From Mobula hypostoma (lineage: Eukaryota): a DNA stretch of 64,000 bases. A program made the translations under genes and the position numbers. Location of the stretch: the NCBI RefSeq assembly GCF_963921235.1, contig NC_086097.1, positions 91,948,001 to 92,012,000 of the forward strand. The letters run 5' to 3'. Shown piece after piece: positions 12,078-25,400 of this stretch. Under the pieces are notes generated by a model. That model was not told the DNA's origin. It was given only the letters and a program-made list of their open reading frames with translations, and did not search any database. Positions within the stretch are counted from its first letter, which is position 1. Each line of letters begins with the position of its first letter.

Positions 12078-15006
12078 CCATAAGACCAAACGACAGAGGA
12101 GCAGAATTAGGCCATCTGTCCCATCGAGTCTGCTCCACCATTCAATCATGGCTGATCCATTTTTTTTATCTCCCCCTGAACCCCAGTTCTTCGTCATCTC
12201 CCTATAACCTTTGATGCCATAACCAATCAAGAACCTATCAATCTCTGCCTTAAATACACCCAGTGACTTGGCCTCCACAGCTGCATGTGGCAATAAATTC
12301 CACAAGTTCACCACCCTTTGGCTAAAGAAATTTCTCTGCATCTCTGTTTTGAAAGGGCACCCCTCTATCCTGAGGCTGTGCCCTCTTGTACTAGACTCTG
12401 CCACCATTGAAAAACATCCTTTCTACATTTTCTCTGACTAGGCCTTTCAACATTTGAAATGTTTCAATGAGATGCCCCCTCATCCTTCTGAATTCCAGGG
12501 AGTACAGTCCCAGAGCCACCAAACATTCCTTGTATGATAACCCTTTCGTTCCTGGAATCATCTGTGTGAACCTCCTCTGGACCTCTCCAATGCCAGCACA
12601 TCTCTTCAAAGATGAGGAGCCAAAAAACTGTTCACAATACTCAAGGTGAGGCCTCTCCAGTGCCTTATAAAGCCACATCCTTGCTCTTGTATTCAAGACC
12701 TCTTGAAACGAATACTAACATGACATTTGCCTTCCTCACCACTGACTTGACTTGCAAGTTAACCTTCAGGGTGTTCTGCACAAGGACTCCGAAGTACCTT
12801 TGTATCTCAGGTTTTTGGATTTTCTCCACATTTAGAAAATAGTCTGCACATTTATTTCTACTACCAAAGTGCATGACCATGCATTTTCCAGCATTGTATG
12901 TCATTTGCCACGTTCTTGTCCATTCTCCTAATCTGGGTCCTTCTGCAGCCTACCTGCCCCTCCACCAATCTTCGTATCATCTGCAAACTTGGCAACAAAG
13001 CCAACTATTCCATCATCTAAAGCTACGTCCACACTAGACTGGAAAATTTTGAAAACGCCAGTTTCGTGTAAAAACGATAGGCGTCCACACCAGGCATTTT
13101 TGAAAATACCTCCATCCACATTAAAACGGGCACTTGGGTGAATCTCCTCCTACTGGGCATGAGCAGGACACATCTACAGAAAACAAGCGAAGAGGAAATG
13201 GTATACTTGGTGCGCATTTGTCCAGTTACAGACTAAAAAAACTTAAAAGGAAATTGCCAAACGACGGACAGCAGTTGGCTCTCGCGCAGGAGGACTTAAA
13301 ACTAAAAAAAAAATACTGGAGCGTACGGAAGCAAACGACAGGGGGATCACAGACAGTATGACCCGGCTGACGACGAACATTAAAAAACTGACTAACTCTA
13401 TTGCAGAGGGATTTGTAATGATGAGGAATATGATGGCTCCCCCCCCGTACTTTTCACCACCACAATACCAGCATCACAGCCACTACAATAGCTACACATA
13501 CGGACACACGGACCCCTGGGTGGTCCCACTCCCACAGAGGGGTCACCCTGGAAACATTTCCTACAGCCATAGTCTCTTCACCGATGAAAGGGACGACAGG
13601 TTTTTTAAAACCTCCGGTAGCCCTGTACACACTACAATGCCCAACCGACGCTTTCAGATTTAAACACTCTGGAGATCGTTTTAGAAGAGCTCTGTTCTTC
13701 AGGAGGAAAACGCCATTTCAGTGTGGACGGAGGGCCAAAACAAAGGAAGAAAGCTTCGGTTACAGATTTATCTGGTCTAGTGTGGACGTAGCCTAAATCA
13801 TTTATATATAGCATAAAAAGAAGCGGTCCCAACAACGCCCCCTACAGAACACCACTAGTCACTGGCAGTCAACCAGAAAAAGGATCCTTTTATTCCCATT
13901 CACTGCCTCCTACCAATCAGCCAATGCACTGACCATGTTAGTAACTTTCCTGTAATACCATGGTCTCTTAACATGGTAAGCAGCCTCGTGTGGCACCTAG
14001 TCAAAGGCCTTCTGAAAGTCCAAATATACAACATCGACTACATACCCTTTATCTATCCTACTTGTAATCTCCTCAAAGAATTCCACCAGGTTCGTCAGGC
14101 AGGATTTTCCCTGAAGGAAACCACGTTGACTTTATACTATCTTGTCCTGTGTCACCAAGTACTCCATCACCTCATCCTTAACAATTGACTAACATCTTCC
14201 CAACCACTGAGGTCAGGCTAACTGGTCTATAATTTCTTTTATGCTGCCTTCCTCCTTTCTTAAAGAGTGGAGTGACATTTGTAAAGTTCCAGCCCTCTGG
14301 CACCATGCCAGAGTCCAATGATTTTTGAAAGATAATTTCTAATGCCACCACAATCTTTAATGCTACCTCTTTCAGAACCCTAGGGTGCAGTTCATCTGGT
14401 CCAGGTGACTTATGTACCTTTAGGTCTCTCAGCTTTTTGAGCACCTTCTCTCTTGTAATAGTAACTGCACCCACTTTTCTTCCTTCACCCACTACAACAT
14501 CAGGCATACTGCTAGTGTCTTGCACAGTGAAGACTGACGCAAAATACTCATTTAGTTCATCAGCCATCTCCTTGTCCCCCATTATTATTTCTCCTGCCTC
14601 ATTTTCTAGCCTATATCCACTCTCATTGCTCTTTTATTTTTAACATACTTGAAAATACTTTTACTATCCACTTTAATATTATTTGCTAGCTTGCTTTCAT
14701 ATTTCATCTTTTCCCTTCTAATGATTTTTTTAGTTGCTCTCTGTAGATTTTTAAAAACTTCTCAATCCTCTATCTTCCCACTGATTTTTGCTTTGTTGTA
14801 TGCCCTTTCTTTTGTTTTTACATTAACTTTGACTTCCCTTGTCAGCCATGGTTCTACTACTTTACCATTTGAGTATGTCTTCATTTTTGGAATACACATG
14901 TCCTGCACCTTCCTCATGTTTCCCAGAAACACACACCATTGCTGCTCTGCTGACATCCCCGCCAGCAGCTCCTTCCGATTTACTTTGGTTAACTCCTCGC
15001 TCATAT
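12078..15006 (-). mobile_element. CR1 LINE, 5'-truncated ORF2, interrupted by a Harbinger element
   Basis: ORFs KSPGPDELHPRVLKE, NYRPVSLTSVVGK, AKFADDTKIGG and HLEYC; closely similar inverted copy at 24670-26858. Confidence 0.95.
13021..13793 (+). mobile_element. PIF/Harbinger non-autonomous DNA transposon with a probable Myb/SANT-ORF C-terminal remnant
   Basis: TIR (a/g)gctacgtccacactagac at both ends; 3-bp TAA TSD at 13018-13020 and 13794-13796; empty site ccatcatctaaatcattta visible (inverted) in the CR1 copy near 25880. Confidence 0.9.
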
Positions 15007-15747
15007 TACTCCCTTACTCCACACACACGCGCATACTAGACACATCACAACGACCATTTTGACTACACATTGAGTATACTACAGATTCAATTTTTTTGTT
15101 CAGATATTTAAACTGATTTAATAAAATAGCCATAATCTAACAATATTAACTTTTCTGTTAACAGAGGATAAATGTTAATATCAGAGACCTAAGTGCACAA
15201 ATATTAAATGGATATCATACATTCTCTCCTATTTTCATGGTAGATTTACCAAAAATATTTGTTCTCAGAAAACATGCAACGTTATAAACATCAATGTGGG
15301 AACAAAAATAAAAAAGCTGTCAAAATAACCTAAGGAGGAGCTTTAAACTCATCTGTTTTTTGTGCAATCTGATTAAGGGCTAGTTCATATCATTATTCTG
15401 CTCACAACTGGTCTTTCAGTGTTAGTTTCTCTACTGAATATCATTCCAGTACAATATCTGACATGAAAGTATTTGGATAGTTAAGAAAAAATAAGGATAC
15501 CTCAAGATGAGTTAACCAAGAAAATACATACGCAGAAATAATGTATTGCAAGCACTTATTTGCCCTTTACATGTTATAGATTATCTTGACTGAGTAGATG
15601 CCTCCATTTTCTGCATCTTGACTTATCACTATACCGACTTCAGATATTACCCAAAAGTCACAATTAATTGTTCCACTCTCCTTTCCTGTCATGTTCCTTC
15701 TTCTTTAGCCCGTTACTTTTCCACCTATCATCTCCCACCTATCACCT

Positions 15748-16352
15748 CACACAAAATGCTAGTGGAACGCAGCAGGCCAGGCAGCATCCATAGGAAGAAA
15801 CACAGTTGACGTTTCAGGCTGAGACCCTTCGTCAGGACTAACTGAAAGAAGAGCAAGTAAGAGATTTGAAAGTGGGAGGGGGAGGGGGAGATCCGAAATG
15901 ATAGGAGATGACAGGAGGGGGAGGGATAGAGCTAGGAGCTGGAAAGTTGATTGGCAAAAGGGATACGAGGCTGGAGAAGGGAGAGGATCATGGGACGGGA
16001 GGCCAAGGGAGAAAGAAAGGGGGAGGGGAGCGCCAGAAGAAGATGGAGAGCAGGCAAGGAGTAATTGTGAGAGGGACAGAGAAACAAAGAAAAGGGGGGG
16101 GGGGGAATAAATAAATAATAAATAATAAACAAACAAACAAACAAATAAATAAATAAGGGATGGGGTGAGAATGGAAGGAGGGGCATTAACAGAAGTTAGA
16201 GAAGTCAATGTTCATGCCATCAGGTTGGAGACTACCCAGACAGAATGTAAGGTGTTGTTCCTCCAACCTCAGTGTGGCTTCATCTTGACAGTAGAGGAGG
16301 CCGTGGATAGACATATCAGAATGGGAATGAGACATGGAATTAAAATGTGTGG
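15748..16352 (-). mobile_element. Penelope-like element 3' part (GIY-YIG C-terminus plus terminal hammerhead motif)
   Basis: Same family as 58802-59642; flanked by 13-bp direct repeat ccacctatcacct (15735-15747, 16353-16365). Confidence 0.85.
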
Positions 16353-16404
16353 CCACCTATCACCTGTCAGCTTTTTCTCCTCCCCCCCCCCACCCACATT
16401 CTTG

Positions 16405-16670
16405 TTTATTTATTGAGATACATCACTGAACTGGCCCGTTGAGCCACACTACCCAACAACCCCTGATTTAATCCTAACCCAATCTTGGGACAATGTACAA
16501 TGACCAATTAGTCTACCAACCAGTATGTCTTTGGACTGTGGGAGGAAACTGCAGCACACGGAGCAAACCCACACAGTCATGGGGAGAACGTAGCAACTCC
16601 AGACAGACAGACAGTGGGAATTGAACCTGGTATTGTAAAGCATTGTGCCAACCACTACACTACCATGCTG
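16405..16670 (-). mobile_element. tRNA-derived V-SINE (HE1-like)
   Basis: V-domain-like ggagttgctacgttctccccatgac...tttcctcccacagtccaaagac on minus; related copies at ~17395, 31880, 36923, 38870, 46850 and 62220. Confidence 0.7.
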
Positions 16671-18455
16671 CCTGGTTTTCTCCCCCTTCCTTTCTAGTCC
16701 TGATGAAAGGCCTTGGCTTGAAGCGTTCACTTTATTCCTCTGCATCAATGCTGCCTGACCTGCTGAGATCCTCCAGCATTTTGTATTTGCTAATTGTTCC
16801 AAATATATTTTTATATTAAAATATAAAACATATTTATATTTTATATTTTCTATAAGATTTCCTTAACTAGAGTTAATAAGGTGTTTTATAATCAATAATA
16901 AAATTTCTTCCATGGTTTTAAACATTTACCAAAGTTCGGCCTGTTTTAAAACAGTGCAATTGTGCCACAAGAGGGCCTCAGCTCAATTTAATTTTACTGT
17001 TTAGAATCACAGAAGAGCAGACAAAGCCTAGTCTCAAAAACTCACCATATAGGTTTAGTTTATGTGAACTTTGGCCTCCTTTGGTAAAATTGCTCAAAGA
17101 AACAAAATAGTTTCTTATGTTAGCAATATCCGAAACCTACAGCTTGCTGGCTGACATCAGTATAAAGCAGCAGAATTAAGTTATAGTGTCAAACTTATGT
17201 CATTTGTAACAGGGCACTTGGAAGTTAGTATGTTTCCCGCATCTAGGAATTGATTCATACTGAGCACCGCATCATATGAAGCCAAAATGAGTAGCATCAC
17301 ATAAGTAGAAATGTCAACATTTGCTACTTCCCAGTCACATTTGGTAACTCCAAATTGGTGTTCTACATTATATCAATGCCATCCTTCCACACAAGGGGTG
17401 GCATGATAGTGTAGTGGTTAGCACAGTGCCTTACCATATAGGAGACCCAGGTTCAATTTCCGGAGCTGACTGTAAGGAGTTTGTACATTCTCCCCATGAG
17501 CACATGGGTTTCCTCTCACACTCCAAAGACATATCCTTATGGTACCTTAATTGTAAGCTTGGGAGATTACTGGGCAGCATGGTCTTGAAGAGTCAGAAGG
17601 CCTATTGCACACTATATCTCAATCAACAAGTAAGTAAGTAAATAATGTGATAGGGGGTCAAAGGACATGAGATTTGTACAGAACAGTGGCCCTGAGGTAA
17701 ATGATGTAAATGAACGGTGCTGCAGCTGTGATGGGCTGAGAAGCCTATTTCTGTGTTTCTTAAGTTTCTGAATACTCTCCACTTGGTTCAACGCTTTGAA
17801 CAACAGCCGGAACGCTTGACCCTGTCCAGCACATTGCATCTCACCCTCTCTATCACATAAAACCTTCACTGAATCCTTCGTGAACCAGATACAAAAAGCA
17901 CTGCATCTACACATCCAAGTTACCCTTCCCGACAACACAAAGGGAGTACCTTCACCAGGGAAGCTGCAATGGTTTAGGTAAGTAGCTCACCACCTCCAAT
18001 GGACACTTTGACATGGGCTATAGACACTGGCTGAACAGCAAATCCCATTATCCATAAACAAATTGTTTTACATGTACAGAGCACAGATGGAAGCTTTCTC
18101 AGTAATTCAAGGGTTTTATTTGAAATTGAAATGAAAGCAGGAAGAGGGAGAGTTGGCAGTGGCTGAGAGGGAAATTGTCAGCACAGTAAAACTGCAAGAT
18201 TTTGCTCTGAAGTCTTGGATATATTTCATAGATCCTAGTGGATGATAAGATCTTGGGTCACTGATGTGAACCTGTGATTGAATTTAATGTTTAATGCTTT
18301 TGGCTAGAAAGGACAAAAGCTGATCAGAATCCAATTCCTTGAAAGCACAGTAAATAGATAATAGAGAGCAAATATGATAATCTCATAGTGACAGAACTAC
18401 CCAGCTCTGCAAGCATAGGTCATTCCAACCTGAGCTCCATGACATTTTGCTCTGC

Positions 18456-18860
18456 TGTGTGATGAACTGAGCATGAGGCTGTGGGCCTACTCTGGCTGCT
18501 GTGAGCTTCCAAGGGCAAGGGTTATGTTAGTTCGGTTCACTGCTCTGCAACATATGCTCCGCTCTTCCCTGCACTCAGGCAGAGGTATGGGCCTACTTTG
18601 GCTGCTCCGGGCTTCATGTCCATGAGCTCTGTAACGTTTTGCTCCCATTGTGTGATGAACTGAGGCTGAGGCTCTGGGCCTACCCCAGCTGTCTTGTGCT
18701 TCGCGTCTGTGAGCTCCGCAACATTTTCCTCCATTGTGTGACGAACTAAGACTGACACTGTGGGCCTGCTCTGGACTTCGTCTGTGAGCTCTGCAACAGT
18801 TTGCTCCATTGTGTGATGAACTGAGGCTGAGGCTCTGGGCCTACTCCAGCTGCCCTGGGC
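18456..18860 (+). repeat. Degenerate tandem array (tgtgatgaactgaggctgaggctctgggcctac core) upstream of a LINE 3' UTR
   Basis: Core recurs at ~18458, 18651, 18736 and 18811, with a partial copy at ~18580. Confidence 0.7.
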
Positions 18861-19111
18861 TTCATGTCATTGGACTCACTTTCACTCTGAACACTGTTGC
18901 TTACTTTTATTATTTGCACAATTTGTGTTTATCCCCCTCTCTCTGTGCATTGGGTGTTTGTTTTTCTTTAATGGGTTGCGTGGGTTTCTTGTTTCATGGC
19001 TGTTTGTAAAGAGACATATCTTAAGGTTGTATAATTTATACATATCTGTGAAGAGGGAAATACAATTGAGTGAACAAATTCCAAAAACAGAGTATACCTC
19101 AAATGATTATG

Positions 19112-19520
19112 TTGAATTGAATTGAATTGACTTTATTACCTACATCCTTCGTATATGTGAGGAGTAAAAATCTTTGTTACATCTCCATCTAAATGTGCAA
19201 TATGCAATTTATAGTGATTTAAAATAAATAGTATGTACAACAATATAACATAGAAATACAGTTGTGTCAGCATGAATTAATCAGTCTGATGGCCTAATGG
19301 AAGAAGCTGTCCTGGAGCCTGTTGGTCCTGGCTTTCATGCTGTGGTACTGTTTCCCGGATGGAAGTGGCTGGAACAGTTTGCGGTTGAAATGACTCGGGT
19401 CCCCAAAGATCCTCTTTACACACCTGTCACTGTAAATGGCCTGAATAGTGCGAAGTTAACATCTATAGATGCGCTGGGCTGTCTGCACCACTCTCTGCAG
19501 AGTCCTGCGATTCAGGGAAA
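19112..19520 (-). mobile_element. Rex1/Babar LINE 3' end with (attga)n tail
   Basis: gaattgaattgaattga tail; minus strand encodes TNRLQDSFFH*AIRL-type C-terminus. Confidence 0.65.
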
Positions 19521-20169
19521 TATCAGTGTTTGTAGCAGTAGATTATTTGCTTCACACTCTGTGGTTTCAATCATTTGAAAACTCCTACAAAAGGTGAAAG
19601 TACTTGGTTGAGCAACTAGATTTGAAGCTCTGTTCTAATGATACAAAGCACACTGTTACAAAAGCCACATATCACATGGTTAAGAGGTTACACAAGCAAA
19701 GAAAACTATTATTTTGAACCTAATATATCAATAACTCCAACTGTTTACTATTTCAGCAATATTAATTCCATGGGATGATAACAAGCTTCAACTTGGACTT
19801 GGAAGAATACTTTGATAAATATTATTAAAAGCCAAGTTGGAATTGAGAGAACCACATTACAACTAAAATTTTTAAAAAGGAGATTATTGAAGTGAATAAT
19901 TTAGTCAGACTTTAATTATTTTGTATGAATTATCTACATCCCCACTCTAAGACAAACACACATTGAAACTTTTGAGTATCTAAACTAGTCTGACCCATCT
20001 CTGCTCTTCAGAAACAATGCATTCAGAAATACTGTTCAATTCACAAGTTTGCTTTTACTGGTGTTGAAGAATACTATTTGAAGTAATTACGAAATCTCCA
20101 AAGTTTCCAGTTGGTATTTCTCACTCTAATGACCTACTATCAAGAAATAAATTAAGATATCACATGCAC

Positions 20170-21240
20170 ACAAGAGTTTCTGAAGGTGCCGAAAATCCAG
20201 AGTAACACCCAAAATGCTGGAATAACTCAGCAGGCCAGGCAGCATCTATGGAATTTAATAAACAGTCGACGTTACAGGTCGAGGCCCTTCATCAAAACTG
20301 GTAAGGAAGTGGGGAAGAAGACAGAATATGAAGGTAGCGGAGGGATGGGGAAGAAAACAAGCTAGAAGGTGATAGGAGAAGCTGGGTGGGTGTGGAAGGG
20401 TGGAGGAAGTAAGAAGCTGGGAAAAAAGTAAAGGGCTAGAGAAGAAGGAATCTGATAGAAGAAGAGAGTGGACCATGGGAGAAAGGGAAGGAAGACAGGC
20501 ACCAGGGGAAGGTGACAGGCAGTTGAGGAGAAAGGGAAGGGTGAGGGGAAAAATTACTGGAAGTTGGAGAAATCGAATTTCATGTCATTCAGTTGGAGGC
20601 GATCTAAATGAAAAATGAGGTGTTGCTCCTCCAACCTGGCCTCATTGTGTCAGCAGAGGAGGCCATAGACCACAATGTCAGAATGGGAATGGGGACTGGA
20701 ATTAAAATGGCTGGCCACCAGGAGTTCTGTGGGTGGAGTGAAGGGCTGAACAACACAGTTCCCCAATCCATGTCGAGTCTCACTAAAGTAAAGGAGGCTG
20801 CATCGGGAACACCAGATACAGTAGATGAGCCCAACAGATTTGCAGGTGAAGTGTTGCTCCATCTGGAAGACTGTTTGTGGCCCTGATTAGTGGTGAGGGA
20901 AGAGGTGAATGGCAGGTGTAGCATATCTTTTGCTTGCAAGGATAAGTGCCAGGAGGGAGATTAGTGGGGAGAAACAAACAGACAAGGAATCACGGAGCGT
21001 GCAATCCCTGCAGAAAGCAGAGAGTTGGTGAGGGGTTTGGGGGGAGGTCAAGATATGTTTGGTGGTGGGGTCCCACTGAATATGGCGGAGGCTGCGGAGA
21101 CTGATGTGCTGGATGCAGAGGCTCATGGGATGGTAGATGAAGACAAGAAGTACTCTATCTCCGATAAGGCAGCAGGAAGACAGGGTGACAGAGATGAACA
21201 GGAAACAGGAGATATAGATGCAGACAGCATCAATGGTGGT
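20170..21240 (-). mobile_element. Penelope-like element fragment (GIY-YIG endonuclease)
   Basis: ORFs FTCKSVGLIYCIWCSRCSLLYFSET and RVLLVFIYHPMSL. Confidence 0.85.
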
Positions 21241-22429
21241 ATCACATTGATGTAATATAACAAGATGTAATATAAGATATCTCATACCTGATTGCTTTTA
21301 GTTGTGGTCTATTGTCTTTGATCCATCGCAACAATATAGGCAGCCCCCATGTTACAGCAAATGGAATTTATATTCACCAAATTCACAAACCATACCCACA
21401 AATCCGAGATGCCTAATGAAATTTGCTCCCAGAACTTGTGTGTCAATTTTTCTTTTACTTTCAGCCCAAATTTCTTGGTGCATGAGCAAATGGCATTCCA
21501 TTGCATTTCAGAAAATTATGCCTGATCTGGTTTCCTGAGAACCCAATCCCCTTTTATTGCAGGGGTCACCTGTACTCCATTTCAAAACATGACATTGTAA
21601 AAATTTGTTTTAGCTACACATTTCTGAACAAGTGGAGATTCTGAATTTTCATGAGGGAAGATGCACTGAGGCTCTCAGTCTTCTTTACAAGCAGAGATAG
21701 GTGAGAGGATCAAAAAGTCGTTAGATTTGGACAGATTTGAGAGAAAAGCAGGAACTGGTAGAACAAAGCCTAAGTAAAGCTGGATCAACTCACACAAAAT
21801 TTCCAAGGAACTCATTGGGTCAGGCAGCATCCGTGGTGGAGAATGTAAAGTTGTTGCGTTGGGTTGCAACCCTGTTTCCTGATGTGAGAGAGAGAGAGAG
21901 AGAGAGAGAGAGTAGGCCAAAGGTAGACAAGTAAAGTGCAAGTTCCAGATTGAAGTAGACCGTGAGATCATTTTTCAGTATTTGAGACGTCTCATAACTG
22001 CAAGATTGAAGTTGTACTTCAGCCTGGTGGTATTGAGATGGTAAAGAGTTAATTTTGTCCTGCCGACGTAAGAAATTAGCCATAAGCTACTGGTTTCCTT
22101 GTCTCACTTGCAGGATGTAGTAACCTAATTACACTTTGTTCTCAATTATCTAATTGCGCATATTGTTTGGGGTGTCTGAACTTTACACTTCTGTTTGAGG
22201 TGATGAAGTGGCTTTTGTCTCGGACTATCACTGTTGCTGGGCATGTGACTGGGCATGTGTAGCTAAAGAATTGTTTTCTGCACACCTGACAAAGACGGTA
22301 TACAAACTCTGTATCTCTATGCTTCGGCACAGAGAACTCTGGCTGACTCTGTGAGAGTGCAGAAGGAGGATTCTCCCTCGTAGCTTGCTGCTAATAAAGG
22401 TGGAAAGGAAACAACTGTGGTACTTGTTT

Positions 22430-25400
22430 CATTACGTCGGGTTGATCACCGTTGACAGTATGTGTTCTCAAGCTTCTGTACCTTCTCTCTGGGAACGGCC
22501 TATCAGCGGCGTCAACAGAGATTTAGCAAGAGGGATTTCTCGCAGGTCGGCGGCATTTGTCCATTGTACGTGGCCTATCAGCAGCGTCAACAGAGCTCTA
22601 CGAACGAAATAAAAGTACAGAAGGGACAAGCGGAGCAGCCATTGTTGGGAGTAGGCCAGTGGTGAAAGTGGAAGCGACAGGCTCTGGCTCAAACCAGGCT
22701 TCAGCTCAGAGAAGGCGTCGGCTCTGTGTAAAGCGTCTGTTAAGGTTTCCTTTTAGATTTTTTCCCCCTCTTACTGTGCCATTTAAATAGCTGTGGTGTG
22801 CTCTTTGTGCCGGATGTTGGAGAACTGGGAGACCCAGAGTCTACCAGAGAGCATCCGGCTGCAGTTCCTTGAGGACCCTGTTAGGGATCTGCAACAGCAG
22901 CTGGATGACCTTGGGCTTGTACGGGACCGCAGGGATATAATTGATCAAAGTTACAGGGAAGTAGTCAGCCCGAAGCTGCAGGAGGCGAGTAGCTGGGTGA
23001 TTGTCAGGAGAAATGGAAATAGGCAGTTAGAGCAGAGCATCTCTGTGGCCATTCTCCTCAAAAAACAAGTATACCACTTTGGATATTTTTGTGGGGGATG
23101 ACCTCCCGGGTGAATGCCACGGTGACCGGGTTACAGGCACCGAGCCTGGGTCCGTGGTGCAGATGGGAAAGAGAGAGAAGAATGGAGCGGTAGTGATAGG
23201 GACTTGGCAACACTCACAACACACTGGAGGAACTCAGCAGGTCGGGCAGCATCCGTGGAAATGATCAGTCAACGTTTCAGCAGGAGTATTTTGTGTTAGT
23301 GATAGGGACTCGATAGTGAGGGGAAAAGACAGGAGATTCTGTGGACATGAATGGGACACCTGGATGGTATGTTACCTCCCAGGTGCCAGGGTCAGGGAGG
23401 TCTCAGATCGTGTCCACAATATTTTGGAGGTGGGGGGGAACAGCCAGGTGTCTTGGTACATATTGGTACCAATGACTTAGGAAGGAAAAGCAATGAGGAC
23501 CCGTAAAGAGAATTTAGAGAGCTAGGTAGAAAGCTGAGAAACAGGACCACCCGGAGCTGCCTGTGCCATGTGCCAGTTAGGGTAGAAACAGAATGATTTG
23601 GCAGATAAATGCGTGGCTGAGAAGCTGGTGCAGGGGGCAGGGCTTCAGGTTCTCGGATAGTTGGGATCTATTCTGGGGGAGGTATGACCTGTTCAAAAGT
23701 GACGGGTTGCAGCTGAACCTGAGGGGGACCAATATTCGTATGGGCCGGTTTGTTAGGGCTGTTGGGGAGGGTTTAAACTAATTTGGCAGGGGGGTGGGAA
23801 CGAAAAAGAAAGGATTCAGGATAGGACAGATGGTAAAAAATAAAGATAGCTTGCAGTCAGATTGTCAGGAAAGGCAGGCAGGTGATGGGACTTAATTGCA
23901 CCCAACAGGCTGAGTATTAAATCATTAGGGATGCAGAGTCAGAAAGCATAGCAAATACGGTACTCAAAGTGTTGTATCTAAATGCACGTAGTATAAGAAA
24001 TAAGGTAGATGATCTTGTTGCAATATTACAGATTACCAGGTATGATGTTGTGGCCATCACTGAATCGTTGCTGAAGGATGGTTGTAGTTGGGAGCTGAAC
24101 GTCCAAGGTTACGCGTTATATCAGAGGGATAGGAAGGTAGGCAGAGGGGCTGGTGTGGCTCTACTGGTAAAGAAGGGCATCAAATCAGTAGAAAGATGTG
24201 ACATAGGTTTGGAAGATGTTGAATCCTTGTGGCTTCAGTTAAGAAACTACAAGGGTAAAAGGATATTGATGGCAGTCATATACAGGCCTCCCAGCAGTGG
24301 CTGGGAGGTGGACCACAGGTTACAACAGGAAATAGAAAAGGTGAGTCAAAAGGGCAATGTTACGGTAGTTATGGGAGATTTAACATGCAGGTCGATTGGG
24401 AAAATCAAATTGGTAATCGATCTCAAGAGAGTGAGTTTGTTGAATGCCTAAGAGATAACTTTTTAGAGCAGTTTGGCATTGAGCCTACTAGGGGATCAAC
24501 TATATTGGATTGGGTGTTACGCAATGAACCAGAGGCAATTAGGGAGCTTAAGGTAAAAGAACACTTAGGAACCAGTGATCACAATATGATTATGTTCAAC
24601 TTGAAATTTGATAGGGAGAAAGTAAAGTCTGACGTAGCAGTATTTCAGTGGAGTAACGGAAATTACAGTGGTGTGAGAGAGGAGTTGGCCAAAGTAAATA
24701 GGAAGGAGCTCCTGGCAGGGACATCAGCAGAGCAGCAATGGTGTGTGTTTCTGAGAAAAATGAGGAAGGTGTAGGACATGCGTATTCCAAAAATGAATAA
24801 ATATTCAAATGGTAAAACAGTACAACCGTGGCTGACAAGGGAAGTCAAAGCTATTGTAAAAGCAAAAGAAAGGGCATATAACAAAGCAAAAATTCGTGGG
24901 AAGATAGAGGATCAGGAATTTTTAAAAACCTATAGAGAGCAACTAAAAATTCATTACAAAGGAAAAGATGAAATATGAAAGCAAGCTAGCAAATGATATC
25001 AAAGTGAAAGTAAAATTTTTTTCAAGTATGTTGAAAATAAAAGAGAAATGAGAGTGGATATAGGACTGCTAGAAAATGAGCCAGGAGAAATAATAACGGG
25101 GGACAAGGAGATGGCTGATGAACTAAATGAGTATTTTGTGTCAGCCTTCACTGTGGAAGACACTAGCAGTATGCCTGATGTTGTAGTGTGTGAAGGAAGA
25201 GAAGTGGGTGCAGTTACTATTACAAGAGAGAAGGTGCTCAAAAAGCTGAGAGACCTAAAGGTACATAAGTCACCTGGACCAGATGAACTGCACCCCAGGG
25301 TTCCAAAAAAGGTAGCGTTAGAGATCGTGATGGCATTAGAAATGATCTTTTAAAAATCATTGGACTCTGGCATAGTGCCAGAGGACTGGAAAATTGCAAA

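Noticed and set aside
18456..18860. CRISPR-like repeat-spacer array
   Set aside because: Eukaryotic context; repeats are degenerate and the spacers resemble each other; no cas genes.
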